The position numbers and the translations under genes are program-made. The notes below the pieces were generated by a model. The model had not been told where the DNA came from. It saw only the letters and a list, made by a program, of their open reading frames with translations, and made no database searches. This document shows, in pieces, positions 1 to 7,159 of a stretch of DNA of 11,524 nt (position 1 is its first letter; each line of letters starts with the position of its first letter). The stretch comes from Candidatus Caldarchaeum sp. GTDB lineage: Archaea; Thermoproteota; Nitrososphaeria_A; Caldarchaeales; Caldarchaeaceae. Location: NCBI GenBank assembly GCA_038844785.1, contig JAWBRA010000040.1, positions 1-11,524 of the forward strand, written 5' to 3'.

Positions 1-62
1 AGGGTTTGTGCCTGTGTTTCGCGGATGTTTTCCCATGCGTGGTCGCGGGACGACCTATTCAT
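1..62 (-). CDS. Possible 5' end of a gene running out of the window (MNRSSRDHAWENIRETQAQT...)
   Basis: ATG at 62-60 on the minus strand is preceded by purine-rich GGGGAGGGGG (76-67), and the frame is open to the window edge. No recognisable homology. Confidence 0.2.
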   Translation of the reverse strand, partial: MNRSSRDHAWENIRETQAQT

Positions 63-202
63 CCAACCCCCTCCCCGCCTGGATGGGATGGCCTCAGGGC
101 TTCAACCCATCACGGGACAATCGCCCCGGTCATCACAAAATCCTTCAACAAACATGGATATAAGCAGATAGATGATGTTTCCCATGCTGTCCCGACAACG
201 CT

Positions 203-213
203 TTAAATACCCT
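203..213 (-). promoter_or_regulatory. Putative BRE/TATA core AGGGTATTTAA, leftward
   Basis: Exact inverted copy of 301-311. TATTTAA resembles an archaeal TATA box, and an ATG at 185 lies about 20 nt downstream. Confidence 0.4.
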
Positions 214-300
214 AGAATTGGCTTTAGGCACGCTAGGGGATTGTAGACAATGGTGCGAAAAGACCATTCACACATGGGTAAATCGTCTTCCTATGCGTAG

Positions 301-326
301 AGGGTATTTAATGTCAAATATTTGAC
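301..326 (+). promoter_or_regulatory. Putative BRE/TATA core AGGGTATTTAA (301-311) followed by a perfect 14-bp palindrome GTCAAATATTTGAC (313-326), operator-like
   Basis: Read directly from the sequence. The TTTGAC half-site recurs at 333-338. Confidence 0.45.
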
Positions 327-367
327 TCGACGTTTGACGAATAATTACTTTTTATTTCGATGAATGA

Positions 368-799
368 CTATATGCTTGTTGGCCCGCCAGAGCTGCTTTA
401 ATCAGCTGTTTTAGGGCTGTTTAAGATTGTCCTCCAACAAGCATTCTTGTAAAGCTTAAAGGGTTTACGGACAGGGTTTCCAGACTCAAGGCTACCAGAG
501 CGTATGGAATGCTTGCCGGGCTGCTGTCTTTCAAAACACCCCAGCAAAACCCAAATAATCTCCTAGACATGATGACCCAGAGGCTTGAGCTGGGCAGCAC
601 TGCCGTTGAAAAAGCTGTTAGACAAACCTACGCAGTGAGGGTGAGGTCTGAAACGCTTGCGGCGGCATCAGTATACGCCGTATCTGGACATTGGCTGAAG
701 TTCCTCCCCAAAGCATTTGACGATAATCCGCTCCCTCAAAAATACCATCAACCGGAGCAAATAAGATGTGATGGTAGGGTGGGAGTGGAAAGGTGCTGA
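368..799 (+). pseudogene. Degenerate transcription factor B (TFB/TFIIB cyclin-repeat)-like remnant
   Basis: The 509-799 frame extends upstream through a TAA at 422-424, reading ARAALISCFRAV*DCPPTSILVKLKGFTDRVSRLKATRAYGMLAGLLSFKTPQQNPNNLLDMMTQRLELGSTAVEKAVR...RSETLAAASVYAVS. This resembles the TFB pattern AAAIYAACR..PRTL.EIA...VSKKEIGRAYR.L..EL.L..P..DP..Y..RF...L.L...V..KA......SP..LAAAA.YIAS. A shifted frame at 691-726 reads LAEVPPQSI*R*, like the TFB C-terminal HTH. Confidence 0.5.
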
Positions 800-897
800 G
801 CCTTAATTTTCAGCCTCTCTTAAAGCCTTCTCCACAGGTTTTCTTTTTCGTAGCCTTAGCCTGCTTTGGCTTATATCTCCTCCTGTCTCCGCAATAG
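793..897 (+). CDS. Possible 34-aa single-TM peptide or gene fragment (MLSLNFQPLLKPSPQVFFFVALACFGLYLLLSPQ)
   Basis: GTG start after a purine-rich tract, overlapping the stop of the previous ORF, with one hydrophobic stretch. No homology recognised. Confidence 0.2.
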   Translation: MLSLNFQPLLKPSPQVFFFVALACFGLYLLLSPQ

Positions 898-1078
898 GCC
901 TGAAGCGGTTAAACAGCATCCTAAACGATGTTTACATGGTACGCAGACGTTAGATGTTTCCTGACGGCGATGATCTGACTGATGACGCCTTCTACCCTTA
1001 AGGGGCTAAAATCATCATAGCCGAGGAAAAGCCGTCAGGTCTTTAAACACGGTCCTTATCAACACACAACTCAAATGG

Positions 1079-2200
1079 CTAAGAGAGCTTGTCCATTAAG
1101 CTGACTGTTATGTCTACCCCCTTTGCTTCAAACCTAAGCATAGCTGGCTTATGTCCCTCCTTGATGGGGAAGAAAATTACGTAATGATAGGTTCCCTCTG
1201 GTGGAATCCAAGCATCATATTTGCACTCCTCAGTCACTCCTATGACGTAGTAGCCCTCAGGTGGGCTTTTGGAATATACCCTTGTTACGTTACCGACATA
1301 ATCAAGGACCAATCCTATGCAGTGACCTAGTCCCATGAATTCGAATCCTTTATCCGTTATCAGAGTTTTATCCCAAATATGCAGATATTTTCCCGTAAAG
1401 TCAGAGTTCTTGACAACGAACGGGATTATGACGGCAGAATATGAAGGCCTCACCTTATAGATAATCCACTCCTTCCTCCATGGATCTCCTTTCTCAACAT
1501 AGCTGTCAACAATTCTGATATCACCTTTAACCATGATGGATATTTTGTTGAGTGTGATTTACTCGTTTAATTTAAAGAGCCTGCCTTGCGGCGTCATACG
1601 CTTATACTCCGTTGTAACCGTCATGGATTTAGTTTGTATCGGTGCGGTTAAATAACCCATTACAAATCCCAGGACTAACATGCCGATGAGGGCGGCTGCC
1701 AATTTGCCTCTTCCTCCCCTTTTGTCACCTACAAGCCTTTTAGAAGGCGGTGTAACCGGTGGGGGTTTAGTAATATCTCTTTTCACCATGGTGAATTTAT
1801 GCCTGCGGTCCGTACCTTCACCCCTCGATATAAGCGAGCCACCCAAAGCTAGCAAAAGTATGCCTACTATAGGCATGACTAATAAGCCTAACAAAAAATT
1901 AGTTCTAGCAGACTCCAATTCCTTTAGTGTATGCGGATCATCTCTCCACGTAAAATACCAGTAAGGACCGCCGAGGAGTGCAGCTAAGCCTGCAACAATA
2001 AATCCAACAGCCAACAGCTTAACGATAGTATCCACCTTATAGTTCAGCTCCTGAGAAGCGTATGGTTCGCCTTTACTTACGCCGACACCCCTCTGGGCAT
2101 GCGTTAGAGACATATACCTATGTCCACAGTCGAAACATTCATAAAATTCTCCTACCCTTATGTAGTAGGGACTTCCACATTTAGGACATCTCTGGGACAT
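1079..2200 (-). pseudogene. Membrane/surface protein: N-terminal Zn ribbon, three TM segments, Thr linker and DUF4352-like extracellular domain, interrupted by one in-frame TAA
   Basis: ORFs 1559-2200 and 1079-1534 are in the same frame, separated only by TAA (1561-1559) and 8 sense codons (GRLFKLNE*ITLNKISIMVKG). N-terminal CPKC...CFDC. The C-terminal part (VIIPFVVKNS...LITDKGFEF...IPPEGTYHYVIFFPIKEG..PAMLRF) follows the DUF4352 Ig-like pattern. Confidence 0.6.
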
Positions 2201-2598
2201 ACTAATCCCATAACCACCTTCTTCTGCCCAGGATAACTGAACCGACCAATATATGCTTTTGAGTAAACCCTAAATGGAACGCACACTAGGCCTTTGAAGC
2301 TTTTCTTCAGACCGTATAGACGGACAGTTTCAAACGTTTTCCAGCCCATCAACGGATTGCATTGTTCCTCTGAATACACTCCTGGTTTAGACCTGATGTC
2401 ACCGGTTGTTACAGTCGTGGTTGTAGTAGCGGTCGCTGGCGAATGCATAGTAACAGTTATCATTATTAGGGATGATTGACATGGAGCAGTGGTCGTAGCA
2501 GTAGATGTAACCGTTTTAGTTGCTGTCAGATAAACAGTCGTAGTTATTATTGTGGTAATAGTTGCGGGCTCGCCAGCCTTTGTTAGATTTCTTCCTTC
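2158..2598 (-). pseudogene. Thr-rich (glycosylated-stalk type) surface protein, 5' end disrupted
   Basis: The frame of ORF 2158-2463 stays open to 2598 (ATITTIITTTVYLTATKTVTSTATTTAP...) with no start codon. A hydrophobic anchor-like segment ASVLAYYLVFGF lies just upstream in another frame. Confidence 0.5.
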
Positions 2599-2661
2599 CT
2601 AAAGCCGAATACCAGATAATATGCGAGGACAGAGGCTCTATGAGGCTTAGCTACCTAATGG

Positions 2662-2677
2662 CAGTCTTTATAGACTG
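2662..2677. promoter_or_regulatory. Inverted repeat CAGTCT-TTAT-AGACTG centred on a TATA-like box between divergent genes
   Basis: 6-bp perfect arms overlap TTTATA (2667-2672), about 40 nt upstream of ATG 2712, which also has a GGAGAGG SD-like tract. Confidence 0.4.
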
Positions 2678-2711
2678 TGTCAGGGGTGTGGTGTTTTAGG
2701 GGAGAGGTATA

Positions 2712-3017
2712 ATGTTACGGCTGGGTGGAGGCTTAGAATACCCAATAATTTATAAAAACCTATTCCATTACCATTACAAGGCTAACGACGGAAGAGAGGT
2801 TAGAATAGCCCTATGGCTTGAAGATGCAACACCACATTTCAGCTCATTTCAGCTAATGGAACATGAGGAGCCTTTGTTTATTCCTTCAGGCCACCAGCCA
2901 AACTATGATAAGGGGGAATCGTATTGTAGTAAGTGTTGTCAGACGTTTATTAACAGGGATAAATGCCCTAACTGCAACAAAGTATTAAGGAAAAAACCAA
3001 GAAGAAAGAAAAAATAG
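2712..3017 (+). CDS. Small protein with C-terminal Zn ribbon (CxxC-x9-CxxC) and basic tail
   Basis: YCSKC...KCPNCNKVLRKKPRRKKK, with an SD and TATA upstream. The YxxGxxYC..C...CP.C...LR..PR pattern resembles small thaumarchaeal Zn-finger proteins. A paralog at 11378-11524 supports coding status. Confidence 0.75.
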   Translation: MLRLGGGLEYPIIYKNLFHYHYKANDGREVRIALWLEDATPHFSSFQLMEHEEPLFIPSGHQPNYDKGESYCSKCCQTFINRDKCPNCNKVLRKKPRRKKK

Positions 3018-3037
3018 CTTCTGAGAGTTTTTAACAA
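2984..3037 (+). repeat. Left arm of a long-range inverted repeat (26-bp block 2984-3009 plus AGTTTTTAACAA 3026-3037)
   Basis: ATTAAGGAAAAAACCAAGAAGAAAGA is the exact reverse complement of 11398-11423, and AGTTTTTAACAA is the exact reverse complement of 11368-11379. Confidence 0.9.
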
Positions 3038-3128
3038 GCTACAGTTTTGAGGGGGCGGGGGCTTGCATGTTCAGAGGTGGAATGCAGGGCGTCGGACGAC
3101 AGGAAATGCGTTTTCCAGCTTAAAACTG

Positions 3129-3842
3129 TCAGCTGTATTCTTCTAAGAAGACGACCCTCTCGAGATCTTTGACGGCTTCTTTCAGCTCTTTAGCCAACGC
3201 CTTCTTACTGACCTGCAGGCCTGGAATCAGGAGGGCTTCTTCAGGTATTTTTATCGTCAGCTCTGGGGGCGTTAGCTTTATCTCAAATTTTTCAACGGGC
3301 GCATCAGGTATCCTGCTGTGTATGAGGCTTTTCACCTTATCCATATCGTCGGTTAGAATGGATTTGACTTCGACGTTGCAGACGAGCGTTTTCCCAGCTA
3401 GGTAATGGTTGAAGTCAACCTGAACCCTGCCGGACCCAACAGACCTGACGACACCATCTCTACCCTCTATGTTGATGATGCTGCCAACCCTCAACGGTCC
3501 TTCAACATCCTTGAGCCTCCTCAACGGTATTGTCCTGACTTTCGCCGGGTCGCGTGTGCCGAAGGCTTTCTCAGGCGGTATCTCGAAAGTTTTTTTCTCA
3601 GACAGCTTCATTCCGAGAAGCTCGTCCTCGACAGCCTTTAGCATCATCCCCTTCCCCACAACGACGAGGCGAGGCTCGTATGTCTTAGAAGCGTCGTAAA
3701 CCCCTGCTTTCCTAGCCTCCTCCTCGACTGTTGTGTCGACAAGCTCATCGGTGTCCTTAACCTTTATGGTATAGTCGATGAGAACATAGGAGTTCAGCTG
3801 AACCGCTGGCTGCTCGCTAACTGCCGACGTGTCTTCAGACAT
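3129..3842 (-). CDS. slyD: Long-type archaeal FKBP peptidyl-prolyl cis-trans isomerase/chaperone (SlyD-like)
   Basis: VLIDYTIKVKDTDELVDTT, YEP..VVVGKG, IPPEKAFG.RDP and VQVDFNHYLAGKTL motifs, an IF domain and the C-terminal extension typical of long archaeal FKBPs. Confidence 0.95.
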   Translation of the reverse strand: MSEDTSAVSEQPAVQLNSYVLIDYTIKVKDTDELVDTTVEEEARKAGVYDASKTYEPRLVVVGKGMMLKAVEDELLGMKLSEKKTFEIPPEKAFGTRDPAKVRTIPLRRLKDVEGPLRVGSIINIEGRDGVVRSVGSGRVQVDFNHYLAGKTLVCNVEVKSILTDDMDKVKSLIHSRIPDAPVEKFEIKLTPPELTIKIPEEALLIPGLQVSKKALAKELKEAVKDLERVVFLEEYS

Positions 3843-3907
3843 TCTTCCAATAAGTCAAACGGCCGCTTTTTATGGTTAATGGTCTGATGACAGTTTTTAT
3901 TGTTGTC

Positions 3908-3923
3908 TTAGACGGCCGTCTAA
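3908..3923. promoter_or_regulatory. Perfect 16-bp palindrome TTAGACGGCCGTCTAA in the divergent FKBP/psmB promoter region
   Basis: Read directly. It lies just upstream of a BRE/TATA-like AAAAAGCCTTTTATTT, and the core ACGGCCG recurs at 3859-3865. Confidence 0.55.
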
Positions 3924-3992
3924 ACAAAAAAGCCTTTTATTTTGCCAGATGGTATTTTGACCTGCCTGTAAGGGGGCTGTTGGACCGTTAGG

Positions 3993-4667
3993 GTGTATGA
4001 GTTGCAGCCGTTCAGCAAGTCGAGGGTGTTGACAACTGGTACGACGACGGTGGGCTTAGTCGTGAAAGACGCCGTCGTTGTGGCTACTGACACTAGAGTT
4101 ACGGCAGGTTTTTTTGTCGCCCACAGGAGAGGGAAGAAGGTTTTCCCGCTGGCTAAGCATGCAGCCATCACGATAGCGGGCCGTGTCGCCGACGCGCAAA
4201 CACTCATCGACATCCTCAGGGCGAACATAAACTACTACCAGATAGTCCGTGACAGGCCTATGCCCATACAGGCTGTAGCAAGGCTGTCCTCCACCATAAT
4301 GTTCAGCTCACGATACTTCCCCTACTACGCTCAGCTGATTCTGGCAGGCGTCGACAGCGAAGGACCGCATCTTTTCAACCTCGACCCCTTCGGATCCGTG
4401 ACAGAGGAGAAGCTTATCGCAACAGGGTCTGGAAGCCCTGTGGCGTATGGAGTATTGGAGACAAACTACCGTGAGGATATGGATTTCACGTCGGCTTTGG
4501 AGCTTGCCTTCCAAGCGGTCTCAGCCGCCATCAGACGTGACGCCGGCAGCGGGGACAGCGTCGACGTGGCTTATGTTCTGAAGGACAAGGGTTATGGTGA
4601 GCTTTCCCTGGATGAGAAAGCCCCGCTGTACAGGAAATACTTCAACTACTTACCCATTCACACTTAA
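3993..4667 (+). CDS. psmB: 20S proteasome beta subunit
   Basis: Short propeptide ending in G followed by catalytic TTTVG, with ATDTRVTAG, AGRVADAQ, ATGSGS and RDAGSG motifs. GTG start. Confidence 0.97.
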   Translation: MYELQPFSKSRVLTTGTTTVGLVVKDAVVVATDTRVTAGFFVAHRRGKKVFPLAKHAAITIAGRVADAQTLIDILRANINYYQIVRDRPMPIQAVARLSSTIMFSSRYFPYYAQLILAGVDSEGPHLFNLDPFGSVTEEKLIATGSGSPVAYGVLETNYREDMDFTSALELAFQAVSAAIRRDAGSGDSVDVAYVLKDKGYGELSLDEKAPLYRKYFNYLPIHT

Positions 4668-4670
4668 CCG

Positions 4671-6593
4671 GTGAAGACTTGGTTGAATTCGGCTGAAAGG
4701 CTCAGGACAGAGCTACTGAAGTACTTCTCGTCGCTTGAGACAGCTGAGCCAGCCCTCTCCAGAATAGAGTATGAAGGGCCTAGGATAGCTGTTTACACGA
4801 GGAGCCGTGAGGTTTTCAGGGAGAGGGATAGGATAGCGAGGGAGCTTGTGACGCTGCTCAAGAAACGGGTCATCATAAGGCCTGACGTGGAGCTGCGCAG
4901 GCCTCAGGAGGAGGTTGAGGAGATAATCCGCCAGAGGCTGGATAACGGCTATAGGCTGATTTTCGACGAGCCTTTAGGCGAGGTTGTCATAGAATCCAGG
5001 GACCCGAGGATAACGAACATCGACGGGACTGAAACCTTAAACAACCTGGTCGAGGCGACTGGATGGGTTATTAGGATTCTCCGCGAGCCTTTGATGCCAT
5101 CTAAAACAATCGACCGCATAAAACGCTACACTTTCTGGGACACTAAGGAAAAGCTTGAAACGCTGAAGGAGATCGGAGAACGTGTCTTCAGAACTCAGAC
5201 TTTTGAATCGAGGGACGTGAGGATAACCATTCTGGGGGCTGGAAGGCAGGTTGGGCGTTCGTGCATCCTTCTGCAGACAAGCGAGAGCACCGTTCTCCTC
5301 GACTGCGGGCTATCGGCGGGCGCAACATCTCCGATAAACTTTTTCCCACGTCTCGACACAGTACCCGACCTCATAGAAAACCTAGACGCCGTAGTGATTT
5401 CCCACGCCCATCTAGACCACGTAGGTCTTGTTCCATATCTCTTCAAATACGGTTACAGGGGACCTGTTTACACCGTTGAACCCTCTATCCCGCTGATGGC
5501 TTTGGAGCAGCTGGACTATGTTTCTGTCGCCGGCAAGGAGGGGAGTTTCCCACCCTATGGAGAGACGGAAATACGGCTGGCTCTTCAAAGATGTTTTCCT
5601 CTCCGCTACGGGGTCGTCACAAACATAACCCCCGACGTCAGAATAATGTTCTACAACGCGGGGCACATACTCGGCAGCGCGGCAATACACATACACATAG
5701 GTGAGGGGTTGCACAACATAGTTTACACGGGAGACTTCAAGTACGAGAAGTCAACAGCCCTAGACCCTTGTGCGTCAAAGTTTCCAAGGGTAGAGACGTT
5801 GATTATGGAGAGCACTTACGGAGCCACGCCGGTTCCATACACGCTTGAGCAGAGCGAGACCATTCTGGCGGAGAAGATAACGTCAACAATCAACAGAGGG
5901 GGGAAGGTTATAATCCCCGTCCCAGCCATAGGAAGGGCTCAGGAAATTCTACTGGTTTTGAACAAGCTCTTCTCCGAGGGCAGGCTCGCTGAAACCCCTG
6001 TGTTCCTAGATGGGCTTGTTGTTGAAGCTACTGCAATCCACACCGCTTTCCCAGACTACTTCACAGCCGAGCTTCAGCAAAGGCTTAGAGAGGGGGAGAA
6101 CGTTTTTCTGTCCGAATACTTCACACCGGTGAAGAGCGAGCCGCAACGTGAGGAGATAATCGAGATGAAAGGGCCTACTGTGATAGTCTCGACGTCAGGC
6201 ATGCTCGAGGGCGGGCCTGTTCTCAAATACCTTAAGAATTTTGCAGCCGATGAAAACAACCTGCTTCTGTTTGTGAGTTACCAGGTTGAGGGGACGCTGG
6301 GTAGGACGATACTGAAGGGGGTGAGGGAGATAACGTTGAGGAATGAGGAGGGGAAGGCTGAGATGGTTAACGTCAAGATGCAGGTCGAGAAGGTTGACGG
6401 TTTTTCAGGCCACTCCAGCAGACAGCAGCTCCTCAACTACGTCAAAAGAATAAACCCGAAGCCGAGAAACATTGTTCTGGTGCACGGCGAGGAGGAAGCC
6501 GTCGAAAGCTTGGCTGAAGCCATCTCACGCACAACCCCCGCCACAATCTTCACACCCCGCAACCTTGAAACAATAGCGTTGGCCGCATCTTAA
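4671..6593 (+). CDS. fttA: Beta-CASP ribonuclease aCPSF1 / transcription termination factor FttA (KH-KH-MBL-beta-CASP)
   Basis: N-terminal IEYEGPRIAVY KH region, with VGRSC, SHAHLDH, AGHILGS, YTGDFK, MESTYG, FSGHS and HGE motifs. 640 aa. Adjacency to psmB is the conserved archaeal arrangement. Confidence 0.97.
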   Translation: MKTWLNSAERLRTELLKYFSSLETAEPALSRIEYEGPRIAVYTRSREVFRERDRIARELVTLLKKRVIIRPDVELRRPQEEVEEIIRQRLDNGYRLIFDEPLGEVVIESRDPRITNIDGTETLNNLVEATGWVIRILREPLMPSKTIDRIKRYTFWDTKEKLETLKEIGERVFRTQTFESRDVRITILGAGRQVGRSCILLQTSESTVLLDCGLSAGATSPINFFPRLDTVPDLIENLDAVVISHAHLDHVGLVPYLFKYGYRGPVYTVEPSIPLMALEQLDYVSVAGKEGSFPPYGETEIRLALQRCFPLRYGVVTNITPDVRIMFYNAGHILGSAAIHIHIGEGLHNIVYTGDFKYEKSTALDPCASKFPRVETLIMESTYGATPVPYTLEQSETILAEKITSTINRGGKVIIPVPAIGRAQEILLVLNKLFSEGRLAETPVFLDGLVVEATAIHTAFPDYFTAELQQRLREGENVFLSEYFTPVKSEPQREEIIEMKGPTVIVSTSGMLEGGPVLKYLKNFAADENNLLLFVSYQVEGTLGRTILKGVREITLRNEEGKAEMVNVKMQVEKVDGFSGHSSRQQLLNYVKRINPKPRNIVLVHGEEEAVESLAEAISRTTPATIFTPRNLETIALAAS

Positions 6594-6625
6594 GAAGAGT
6601 TAATAAACATGGTTGAAACGTATAG

Positions 6626-6856
6626 TTGGGTTTGTCGGCCGACGTTTCCCTCAAAGTGTTGTCGAAATGCGTTGGCGAAAAGGTTTTAGTAAAGCTCAGG
6701 AACGGAAGGTCTCTCCGCGGCATTTTGAAGGGCTTCGACCAACACATGAACATAGTTTTGGAGGAGACGGACGAGCTTGTCGACGAAAACACCCACAACA
6801 GGCTCGGCACAATCGTAGTACGAGGAGACAGCATAGTCATGATATCACCGCCCTGA
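6626..6856 (+). CDS. Sm-like archaeal protein (SmAP/Lsm)
   Basis: Sm1 motif VLVKLRNGRSLRGILKGFDQHMNIVL and Sm2 motif IVVRGDSIVMISP. It lies upstream of L37e as in many archaea. The start may be TTG 6626 or 6632. Confidence 0.95.
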   Translation: MGLSADVSLKVLSKCVGEKVLVKLRNGRSLRGILKGFDQHMNIVLEETDELVDENTHNRLGTIVVRGDSIVMISPP

Positions 6857-6913
6857 CAGGCTTCAAAACATACCTTTAATTGTAGCTCGGAAGCTTTTCC
6901 GGATGAAAGGTAG

Positions 6914-7081
6914 ATGGTTAAGGGAACGCCTTCGATGGGAAAGTTCAACAAACCCCAGCATATACGCTGTCGACGTTGCGGCCACCGCTCATTCCATAAA
7001 TCCAAGAAGAGATGCGCTTACTGCGGCTTCCCATCCCCAAAATGGCGGAGCTACAACTGGATAAACCCAAAGAAACGCTGA
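6914..7081 (+). CDS. rpl37e: 50S ribosomal protein L37e (eL37), 55 aa, not in the ORF track
   Basis: Hand translation [55 protein letters not shown] shows KGTxSxG, HxxCRRCG, CxxCGFP and YNW signatures. Confidence 0.97.
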   Translation: MVKGTPSMGKFNKPQHIRCRRCGHRSFHKSKKRCAYCGFPSPKWRSYNWINPKKR

Positions 7082-7109
7082 ACGCGGGGGTAGCCAAGCC
7101 TGGTCAAAG

Positions 7110-7132
7110 AGGCCTCGCCGGAGGCCGTGAAA
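7110..7132 (+). other. Non-canonical 23-nt tRNA intron at position 23/24
   Basis: Relaxed BHB: central helix TCAA(7104-7107)/GTGA(7127-7130) with one A.G pair, bulges AG|A and AA|G, and inner hairpin GGCCTC-GCCG-GAGGCC. Cuts after the second bulge base restore the D stem. Confidence 0.85.
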
Positions 7133-7146
7133 GCGGCAGGCTTAAG

Positions 7147-7159
7147 ATCGTGATGGGAG
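7147..7159 (+). other. Canonical 13-nt tRNA intron at position 37/38
   Basis: Central helix CTTA(7141-7144)/TGGG(7154-7157) with two G.U pairs and bulges AG|A on both sides. Confidence 0.9.

Larger units (their letters stand above)
1..3037. mobile_element. Decayed accessory island or integrated-element remnant (left boundary outside the window)
   Basis: Orphan and surface genes with nonsense or frameshift lesions. Looks lower in GC than the core (hand count: 22/60 GC at 1321-1380 versus 36/60 at 4861-4920; two sample lines only). Its terminal gene is duplicated at the right end of the window. No integrase or transposase is visible. Confidence 0.4.

Noticed and set aside
6-206. ORF 6-206 (+)
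   Set aside because: No motif or SD, and the promoter-like signals in this stretch point to the minus strand.
900-1046. Stop-interrupted frame ending EEKPSGL, sharing CCGTCAGGT with the right-hand Zn-ribbon paralog
   Set aside because: A 9-nt match with no flanking protein similarity, which is compatible with chance.
2400-2570. GTA/GTT/GTC-rich periodic tract as a tandem repeat or CRISPR array
   Set aside because: It is the reverse complement of Thr codons in a Thr-rich linker. No repeat-spacer structure was seen anywhere in the window.
3050-3062. GGGGGCGGGGG as an att-site copy of the tRNA 3' end
   Set aside because: Only 7 nt (CCCCCGC) match on the reverse strand and there is no T-arm sequence, which is too short to support.
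3169-6259. Short ORFs inside FKBP, psmB and fttA (3169-3699 +, 3920-4228 -, 4308-4514 -, 5195-5714, 6074-6259 -)
   Set aside because: They overlap well-supported conserved genes and have no recognisable domains.
6550-7005. ORFs 6550-7005 (-) and 6613-6879 (+)
   Set aside because: Antisense or alternate frames of the Sm and L37e genes, with no motifs.
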